Part shown: in pieces, positions 56,971 to 64,000 of the stretch
How positions within the stretch are numbered: position 1 is the first letter of the stretch
How the letters are laid out: each line of letters begins with the position of its first letter
DNA from: Polyangiales bacterium
GTDB lineage: Bacteria > Myxococcota_A > Polyangia > Polyangiales > Ga0077539
Direction of reading: 5' to 3'
Assembly: GCA_044229975.1 (NCBI GenBank)
Contig: JBGARZ010000002.1
Coordinates: forward strand, 480,001-544,000
Length of the DNA stretch: 64,000 nucleotides
Made by a program: the position numbers and the translations under genes
Notes under the pieces: model-generated
Seen by the model: only the letters and a program-made list of their open reading frames with translations
What the model was told of the DNA's origin: nothing
The model's database searches: none

Positions 56971-59900
56971 TCAGATCGCATGGATGTCGGCGCCGGTGAG
57001 CCCGAGGGGCACGAGCAGGGGCTTGAGGTCGTCGGCGGTGATGCTGGCGGCGGACTTGTACACGCCGACCATGGATGGGAACGCCTTGAGCAGCTCCGAT
57101 TCGAAGGCGCCGAGGCTGTTCGCGGTGATGGTGAGCGTCCTGCTGGTGACGACCCTCTCCAGGTGCTCACGCATCGTCTTCGCGTGGATCTCCAGCAACC
57201 GCACCAAGTGCATGCCGAGGAGCGTCGGCATGTCCGCCAGCAAGCGGGTCTTGAGCTGGGTCGCGACCGTCTTGAAGTCCACGTCGATGCTCGTCGCGTT
57301 CTCGACCACCTCCGCCTGTCGCAAGGCGCCGAGGTAGGCGTTGAATCGGGCGCCGAAGTTCGTGGCATCTGCGGCCTCCACCACGCCTAGCAGCCCGTCG
57401 ATCGATGCCACGCGGCCCGGTCGGCGCTTGCCGACGATGACGCTGGCGACATCCCAGTCGCCGCGCGGGGAGGCGATCACCGGCGCCGCCTCCGGGCCCT
57501 CCAGAGCCTTGAGGGCCGTGATCCTTGCCGCGAGGTCGAGCTCAGCCGCCCCTTTGTACGTCGAGAGTTTGGTGTGAGCACCGGTCACGCACGGCAGCCC
57601 GCGCGAACCAGCATGCACGCTGTTGAGCCACGCACCCGCCGCGGGGAGGTCACCGTCCACCGGCAGCGTGTCCCACGAGGCGCTCGCGGGCGTGCCCTTT
57701 ATGCAGTTCACCGTGAAGTGCACGCCGTGTTCGGTGGTGAGGTTGTTGACCACCTGTTCGTGCTTGGTGCGATTGGACGCCAGCGCCGTCGCCTGGGCCT
57801 CCAGCTGGCGCACATAGAACATCGCCGCGCACTCGTCGCGCCGGGTACCGGCCCGCGCGGCCAGCCCCTGCGCCGCTCCCAGGTATGGCGACGATACGTT
57901 GGCGACGTCGGTCGCCCAGGCGCGGGCGGCGTCGGCGACGGCGCGGGCGGCGTTGTAGTGGTCAAGCCACTTCTCCGCGCCCGCCGCCTCGTAGTCGCCG
58001 ATGGCGGTGTCGAGGTTTCCAAACGCGGGCGGGCGGGCCTCGCCGGTGATGACACTGTCAGCGTCCCAGGTGCCCCGCACGACGGACGTAGGCGCCGCCA
58101 ACGCTGCCTTCACCGTGTTGATCTGCGTGTTCTTGCCGGAGGCGTTCGACCACGGAACTGCGTGGTAGTTGTCGAGCTGCCCCAGCTTGGTCACGGCGAC
58201 ACCCTGGGTCTTGAACGAGCCCAGCACGGCCCCCCACTCGACCCGCGTGGGAAGCTCCGGCGCGGTTGACACCACGAAGCGCGGGGAAAAGATCATCGCG
58301 CAGCGTCGGAAGGTCCACTCCTGGGCCGAGCCCCCACCGTGGGCGCCGGTCAGGTACCACTTGTGGCTCAGCTTGCGACCGATGCCTGCCTTGCCGACCC
58401 GCGCCATCGCCTGCACGAGCAGCTTCATGTCGCTGTCGACCATGGACCAGGCGTTGATCCGAAGCTGAACGGTCAGCATCAGGACGCCATCGTTGGCCGT
58501 CGTCCCAGCGGGGTCTTCCTTCTCGGGAAGGGTCTTCATCGCGAAGTCGTCCGCGCCGATCGCATAGAGGAACAGGTTGGTCTTCCCGTGGTTGGCGGTG
58601 AGCGGCGCGACCGCCGGCAGCGCGTAGTCGTTGGTCGCCGTGAGCGGCCAGAACGCGAAGGTGCGGTCGGGGTTGGCGTGCGGGGGGACCTTGTACGCGT
58701 CGCGGGTGTTGAGCTTGACGTGGACCGGGAAGGCGACCGCCCGCCGCACCCACTCCGCCGAGGGCCAGAAGTAGCGGTTATGCAGCGAGGAGTTGCCGTT
58801 CATCATCGGCGAGTTGGCCTCCTGGAACTCCACCGAGCGGCCGTCGAGCTCGTACGGATCACCCGGCAGGTGCTGCTTGAAGCTGAGCTGCCCGTACGAG
58901 GCGCCGTCCCAGCGCTCGTTGTACTCGTCGGGCAGTCCGCTCTCGTGCCCGTGCTCGTGCGCCGAGGCGAAGCCGTTGGTGCCGCCCGCGTCGGCCTTCC
59001 CCTTCCCCGACGTCATCCCGAGTCCGTGGGGGTTGCGCCAATCGCGGGCGTCGTCGCCGTTCTTGACCGTGATCTTGAAGTGGGCCTGCTCGACCGGGAC
59101 CACCTGCATGAAGTCCACGACGGTCACCTGGAGCCGCTTCGTGGTCTCCTGCGGGACGAGCTTCGCGCGCTTGATGTCCGGGCTGATGCCGTTCCAGCGG
59201 TCGAGGATGTTGCGCTGGTAGTCGCGGGCGAAGTCCTCGGCGCCGCCGGGGGGCGCGTCGGCGAAGTCGAAGGACGTGCGGAGGAAGTGCAGGTTGACCG
59301 CGGCTTCCGTGGGATTGCCACTCACCGTCTCGACGCCGCAGCTCCGCAACAGGATCATGTCGAAGCGCCCGATCAGCCCGCTCTTGTCCGTCGCGTCGGT
59401 GAACTTGCCGCCGCGCGGCGTGTAGTGCTGCCCGTAGTACGGCTGGATCACCATGCTCCCGTGGTCGCTCATCGCGGGGACGCCCGCGCCGCGGAAGAAG
59501 CGGCCCGGGGCGGGCTTGTGGTCCGTCGTCTTCGAGATGTGCGTCGTCGGACGGAGGGGGTCGGGCTCCCACATCTCCGTCGTCCCGAGGCGGTCCGTCG
59601 TGTCGACCCAGCGCACCGCGGCGCGCGCCCCCACGACGTCGTAGTCGGGGTCTTCCGGATCGCTCAGGACGGTACGCTGATCGAAGACGTCGAAGAGGCT
59701 GCCGTGCGCCGCGATGGCGCGCGTCCACAGCGGCTGGCGGATGACGTAGTTCTCATTGGCCTCGACGGCGCCCGAGGCGGGCAGCTTGGTGTACCAGGCC
59801 TTCTTGTCGGCGGTGTCGGGGTCGAACACGCCCTCGCGCGTGCAGCCGTCGGTCTCGTCGAAGGTGTTGGCGAAGATCGCGAGCCGGTCGTCCTGCGACC

Positions 59901-61440
59901 AGTCGTCGAGGCGCCGACGGTCCTTGTCCGTGAGGATGGTGTCGTCGAGGCAGAACACCAACGGTTTGTCCTTCGCCGTCGGCTTCTCGCAGACGTCCTC
60001 GTACCAGCCAAACTCGCCGGTGGCGTCCGAGAGCTTCGCGAAGTAGTTGCGCGACTGCCAGTCCGTCGGAAGGTCGTAGAACTTCAGCCGATCGGGGCCG
60101 TGCTTGAGCTCCTCGGTGGTCGCGATCACCCGCGTCCGCACCGTCGCCGACTCGGACTTGATGTGCGTCTTCGCGGGGAACTTGAACCGCAGCAGCGAGG
60201 CGCGGCTCGGTCGCTTGTCCGCGACGCCCAGCTTGGTCTTCTGGAGGATCCACGGGACGCACTGAACGTTCTCGCCGCCCTCCACCAGCCACCAGTTGCT
60301 CTCGACGTCGTACGAGCCCTCGGTCGTCGTTGCGGTCTTCACCCGTCGCCCGAGGATGACCATCGGCGGAACGGACTTGCGCTTCTTCGCGTGGTCGCTG
60401 CGGCCGTACACGCGGTCGAAGAACTCGAAGCGAAGAAACTGCCAGTGCGGGTCGAGCACCATCTTCACGGGCGACGAGGCCGTCCCCAGGCTCGCCGGCC
60501 GCCCGCCACGGAGCATCTTGAACTGACCGTTGTCGGCGACCCAGCGGTCGTCGTCGTTGGTCACCGTCCAGTCCGTCTCACGGAGCGTCCAGCGGCGAGG
60601 CAGCGTGAAGAAGCGCTTGTCGCGGGTGCCCGTCGGGTCGGTCTCCGCCGGCTCGGGGCCGCGCGTCTGTGTCCGCGTCGCGCCCGGCGCCTCGCAGATG
60701 ATCCGGTTGTCGGTGCTGGACCCGAAGCGCAGCGTAAGCACCTTGCCCGCCTGCACGTCGGTGTACCCGATGGCGTCGAGGGCGAGCCGCCCGCCTGCCT
60801 CCAACGTCGCCTCGACGGCGCCCGCCGGCGTGTCGCCGAGGAGCACCTTCACCGGCGTGTTCTCCGGCATCGGCCGCTCGTTGCCCTCCGGGTCCTTGAA
60901 GAAGAACTGCACGTAGAGCCGCACCGGCGCCTGCACGGTGTTTCCGATGCGCGCGGTCGGGCCCGTGGCCCCGCCCCGCGTCACCAGAAGCGGCGCCGTC
61001 GGGCGCGTCCACCGTGGCACCACGATCTTCGCCCGCTCGAGCTCTTCCCGCGTCGCGTATCCCCGCAGCTTCACCGCCGCGTTGGCCACGGTCTGGCAGT
61101 TGGTCACCGCCTCCAGGGTGAACGGCTCCTGCGCGTCGCAGCCGCGCGCGAGCGGCACCTCGCACTCGATCATCTCCGGGCGCGAGAGGTCTTCGGGCTT
61201 CGCACGGCGCTTTCGCTTGATACCCGCGCGCGAGCCCGTGCCCTTGCGCTTGGGCACCTTGAACTCGTGCCCGGCCGGGTCGAGGGCGGCGTGCTTCACC
61301 CGGAACTTCCCACCGTCCAGGTTCGCGTAGTTCCACAGCTCCACCACGAGCCGGACGCGATCACCGACCGCCCCGATGTTCTCCCCTTGCCAATCGGTGT
61401 TGGGGTTGGCGATCGAACTCAGCTTCACGTGTGCGGTCAT
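56971..61440 (-). CDS. 1489-aa zinc metallopeptidase-motif protein, putative secreted effector
   Basis: ASAHEHGHESGLPDEY (HExxHxxGxxD) followed by SPMM; no signal peptide. Confidence 0.78.
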   Translation of the reverse strand: MTAHVKLSSIANPNTDWQGENIGAVGDRVRLVVELWNYANLDGGKFRVKHAALDPAGHEFKVPKRKGTGSRAGIKRKRRAKPEDLSRPEMIECEVPLARGCDAQEPFTLEAVTNCQTVANAAVKLRGYATREELERAKIVVPRWTRPTAPLLVTRGGATGPTARIGNTVQAPVRLYVQFFFKDPEGNERPMPENTPVKVLLGDTPAGAVEATLEAGGRLALDAIGYTDVQAGKVLTLRFGSSTDNRIICEAPGATRTQTRGPEPAETDPTGTRDKRFFTLPRRWTLRETDWTVTNDDDRWVADNGQFKMLRGGRPASLGTASSPVKMVLDPHWQFLRFEFFDRVYGRSDHAKKRKSVPPMVILGRRVKTATTTEGSYDVESNWWLVEGGENVQCVPWILQKTKLGVADKRPSRASLLRFKFPAKTHIKSESATVRTRVIATTEELKHGPDRLKFYDLPTDWQSRNYFAKLSDATGEFGWYEDVCEKPTAKDKPLVFCLDDTILTDKDRRRLDDWSQDDRLAIFANTFDETDGCTREGVFDPDTADKKAWYTKLPASGAVEANENYVIRQPLWTRAIAAHGSLFDVFDQRTVLSDPEDPDYDVVGARAAVRWVDTTDRLGTTEMWEPDPLRPTTHISKTTDHKPAPGRFFRGAGVPAMSDHGSMVIQPYYGQHYTPRGGKFTDATDKSGLIGRFDMILLRSCGVETVSGNPTEAAVNLHFLRTSFDFADAPPGGAEDFARDYQRNILDRWNGISPDIKRAKLVPQETTKRLQVTVVDFMQVVPVEQAHFKITVKNGDDARDWRNPHGLGMTSGKGKADAGGTNGFASAHEHGHESGLPDEYNERWDGASYGQLSFKQHLPGDPYELDGRSVEFQEANSPMMNGNSSLHNRYFWPSAEWVRRAVAFPVHVKLNTRDAYKVPPHANPDRTFAFWPLTATNDYALPAVAPLTANHGKTNLFLYAIGADDFAMKTLPEKEDPAGTTANDGVLMLTVQLRINAWSMVDSDMKLLVQAMARVGKAGIGRKLSHKWYLTGAHGGGSAQEWTFRRCAMIFSPRFVVSTAPELPTRVEWGAVLGSFKTQGVAVTKLGQLDNYHAVPWSNASGKNTQINTVKAALAAPTSVVRGTWDADSVITGEARPPAFGNLDTAIGDYEAAGAEKWLDHYNAARAVADAARAWATDVANVSSPYLGAAQGLAARAGTRRDECAAMFYVRQLEAQATALASNRTKHEQVVNNLTTEHGVHFTVNCIKGTPASASWDTLPVDGDLPAAGAWLNSVHAGSRGLPCVTGAHTKLSTYKGAAELDLAARITALKALEGPEAAPVIASPRGDWDVASVIVGKRRPGRVASIDGLLGVVEAADATNFGARFNAYLGALRQAEVVENATSIDVDFKTVATQLKTRLLADMPTLLGMHLVRLLEIHAKTMREHLERVVTSRTLTITANSLGAFESELLKAFPSMVGVYKSAASITADDLKPLLVPLGLTGADIHAI

Positions 61441-61473
61441 GGTCCGGTACCTCGCGTCGCCCCGCTCATCGCC

Positions 61474-62118
61474 TCAGCCCGCATGGCTCTCCCGTATCGC
61501 GGCCTGCGTCGACGCATCGAGCTCGCCCGTCACCTGGAGCCCGCGGCTCTGCTGGAAGGCCTTCAGCGCCATCACGAACGGCAGGCTCATGGTGCCTGTG
61601 ACCCGGCCGAAGTAGGCGCCCATCTGGCACATGCGAGTCTGGGCGCCCTCGATGGTGTCCACCGGGTCGAGGTGCCCGAGCTGCACCTCGTAGCTCTCCT
61701 CCTCACCGCTCTCCTCCCCCGTCACGCTCAGCGTGCCGCGGCGGGCGGTCGGCGCGATGGACGCCCGCACCCACCCCTCGCCGTCGGTGCTCCCGCGGGT
61801 CTCGACGCCGTCCACCGTGAGCACGAACGCGACCCCCGACCGCGCCTCGCCGCTCTCCTTCAAGAGCCGCAGGTTGAACTTCGCGGGGATGTTCTTGACC
61901 CGGAAGGTGTGCCGCGCGCCGGTGGGGCGGACGTACTCCTTCACGGTCTTCTCGGGGATCGTCACCACGTCCCCCGGCAGCAGCACCGTCGGGTCTCTCC
62001 GGGTGTCGCGGATGACCTTGTTCGCCGGGAGATTCCAGAGCGTCTCCCAGAAGAACCCGTAGCTTTCGGCGATGCTCACGAGGCACTCGCCCTGCTGCAC
62101 TTGATGGGTGATCGGCAT
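61474..62118 (-). CDS. LysM + transthyretin-like + peptidoglycan-binding domain protein
   Basis: THQVQQGECLVSIAESYG...PTVLLPGDVVTIP; GSTDGEG; GHLDP...AFQQSRGLQVTGELDAST. Start is ATG 62118. Confidence 0.85.
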   Translation of the reverse strand: MPITHQVQQGECLVSIAESYGFFWETLWNLPANKVIRDTRRDPTVLLPGDVVTIPEKTVKEYVRPTGARHTFRVKNIPAKFNLRLLKESGEARSGVAFVLTVDGVETRGSTDGEGWVRASIAPTARRGTLSVTGEESGEEESYEVQLGHLDPVDTIEGAQTRMCQMGAYFGRVTGTMSLPFVMALKAFQQSRGLQVTGELDASTQAAIRESHAG

Positions 62119-62254
62119 CGACTTCTCCGGCCCGCCACGCCTTGGCGAGCGTGCATGACACTGCAACGCCGCGCCTCGGGTCAAGGTGCGACTTCACGTG
62201 TCGGGGAGAATCGGGAGCGGGTCGGGGCGCGGCGTGGGCGCCCCGCGAGGAGAG

Positions 62255-63649
62255 TCACATGTGCGCGATGACGGCGTCGCCGAACTCGGAGCACTTCACC
62301 TTCGTCGCGCCCTCCATCTGGCGGGCGAAGTCGTAGGTGACGCGCTTGGCGCCGATGGCGCCGTCCATGCCCTTGATGACCAGGTCGGCGGCCTCCTTCC
62401 ACCCGAGGTGACGGAGCATCATCTCGCCGGAGAGAATCACCGAACCGGGGTTTACCTGATCGAGGTTGGCGTACTTCGGCGCGGTGCCGTGGGTCGCCTC
62501 GAAGATCGCGTGGCCGGTCTTGTAGTTGATGTTGCCGCCGGGGGCGATGCCGATGCCGCCGACCTGCGCCGCGAGCGCGTCGGAGAGGTAGTCGCCGTTG
62601 AGGTTGAGCGTCGCGATGACGTCGAAGTCCTCAGCGCGCGTGAGCACCTGCTGGAGCGTGATGTCGGCGATGGAGTCCTTGATCATCAGCTTGGACTTCC
62701 ACTTGCCCGCGCCGTGCGTCTCCCAGAGCTTCATCGCCTCGTCGACCTCGGCCACGAGCTCGGCCTGGAAGTCCTCCGGCGCCATGTCGAAGCCCGGCTC
62801 CACCATGATGGCGTTGTCGCGGTTGGAGAGGTTGGGGTTCGCTTCCTTGTTGCCGAAGATCCAGCTCTCGCGCTGCGTCACGACCTCAGCGCGAAACTCC
62901 TTCATCGCGACGCCGTAGCCCCAGTCGCGGAAGGCGCCTTCGGTGAACTTCATGATGTTGCCCTTGTGGACGAAGGTGACGCTCTTGCGCTTCTCGTCGA
63001 GGGCGTAGCGGATGGCGGCGCGCACGAGGCGCTCGGAGCCTTCGCGGGACACCGGCTTGATGCCGATGCCCGAGGTCTCCGGGAAGCGGATCTTCTTCAC
63101 CTTCATCTCGTTCTGGAGGAACGCGATGACCTTCTTCACGTCGGCCGACTCGGCCTCGTATTCGATGCCTGCGTAGATGTCCTCGCAGTTCTCGCGGAAG
63201 ATGATCATGTCGACCTTGTGCGGGGCCTTCACGGGCGACGGGACGCCCTGAAACCACCGCACCGGGCGCAGGCAGACGTACAGGTCGAGCATCTGGCGGA
63301 GCGCCACGTTGAGCGAGCGGATGCCCTTGCCGACGGGCGTGGTGAGCGGCCCCTTGATGCCGACGAGGTAGTCGCGGAAGTCGTCGACGGTCTCGTCGGG
63401 CAGCCAGGTGTTGAAGAGCTTCTTGCTCTTCTCGCCCGCGTACACCTCGTGCCAGACGATCTTCTTCTTGCCGCCGTACGCCTTGGCGACGGCCGCGTCG
63501 AGCACGCGAACGCTGGAGCGCCAGATGTCCGGCCCGGTGCCGTCGCCTTCGATGAAGGGGAGGATGGGGTTGTTCGGGACGTTCAGTTCGCCGTCGGCGC
63601 CGCGCGTGATGGCCTCGCCCTCGGTGGGCCTCGGAAATGCTCTCGCCAT
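62255..63649 (-). CDS. icd: Isocitrate dehydrogenase (NADP)
   Basis: [45 protein letters not shown] and NLNGDYLSD. Confidence 0.97.
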   Translation of the reverse strand: MARAFPRPTEGEAITRGADGELNVPNNPILPFIEGDGTGPDIWRSSVRVLDAAVAKAYGGKKKIVWHEVYAGEKSKKLFNTWLPDETVDDFRDYLVGIKGPLTTPVGKGIRSLNVALRQMLDLYVCLRPVRWFQGVPSPVKAPHKVDMIIFRENCEDIYAGIEYEAESADVKKVIAFLQNEMKVKKIRFPETSGIGIKPVSREGSERLVRAAIRYALDEKRKSVTFVHKGNIMKFTEGAFRDWGYGVAMKEFRAEVVTQRESWIFGNKEANPNLSNRDNAIMVEPGFDMAPEDFQAELVAEVDEAMKLWETHGAGKWKSKLMIKDSIADITLQQVLTRAEDFDVIATLNLNGDYLSDALAAQVGGIGIAPGGNINYKTGHAIFEATHGTAPKYANLDQVNPGSVILSGEMMLRHLGWKEAADLVIKGMDGAIGAKRVTYDFARQMEGATKVKCSEFGDAVIAHM

Positions 63650-63795
63650 GGTTCGGTGGTCTCCCTCGTTCGTGTCCGTGGGCCGCGCGCCGCCCCGACA
63701 TACGATCGCCGGGACAAAGAACCGCGAGACCCGATTCGGTGCGCGGGTGTATAGCCCAACCCCTCGGAGGGCGTCTAACCCTCCCGAAGCACCCC

Positions 63796-64000
63796 GTGAG
63801 CGCCGAAGACACGCAGCTCGAACGTCAGACCTGGGCGGCCCGCTTCGGCTGGATCACCGGCGGCACCGTCGGCCTCCTCGGGGGGTTCGCGCTCACCTGG
63901 CTGGTGGAGTCGCGCGGGCTCGTGGGTCGTGGCCGGGCGGGCATCGAGCTGGCGGCGAAGCTGTCGGGGGTGGTGGTTCCGGTGTGCTTCGTGGTGGGCG
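63796..64000 (+). CDS. Hypothetical membrane protein (partial)
   Basis: GTG start [34 protein letters not shown]; open to the window end. Confidence 0.55.
   Translation, partial: MSAEDTQLERQTWAARFGWITGGTVGLLGGFALTWLVESRGLVGRGRAGIELAAKLSGVVVPVCFVVG

Noticed and set aside
53918..62254. T6SS-like island as an integrative mobile element
   Set aside because: No integrase, transposase, tRNA or flanking direct repeats seen, and composition looks similar to the flanks.

Overview
Very GC-rich bacterial chromosome segment, most likely a myxobacterium (Polyangiales-like; inferred from giant TPR proteins, a DUF4388 response regulator, Asp-Ala-Gly-rich lipoproteins and an ECF/anti-sigma module). It holds about 50 genes. 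Housekeeping blocks (pyrR-pyrB; rpsP-khpA-rimM-trmD-SPOUT methylase; nhaA; proS; purB-purC-purS; icd) alternate with accessory genes. Three items stand out. (1) A stand-alone divergent EF-Tu (22906-24081, minus) carries substitutions at known elfamycin-resistance positions (His at E. coli Tyr160, Gly at Arg333). It lies behind an unannotated 34-codon uORF rich in rare codons, with mutually exclusive antiterminator/terminator pairings, i.e. an apparent translation-sensing attenuator controlling a spare EF-Tu. (2) An ECF sigma/anti-sigma/surface-protein cluster has an identical bipartite motif (CGTGACGGA-N13-GGCCAA) upstream of both the sigma gene and the first cluster gene, plus a 132-bp palindromic element. 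(3) A five-gene island between purB and icd has a DUF4123 T6SS chaperone, a spike-less protein ending in PFCEEC, a LysM/PG-binding protein, a 1489-aa HExxH metallopeptidase and a beta-propeller, but no VgrG, PAAR or Hcp. I found no rRNA, tRNA, CRISPR array, integrase or transposase. Family assignments come from motif recognition by eye, not database searches.
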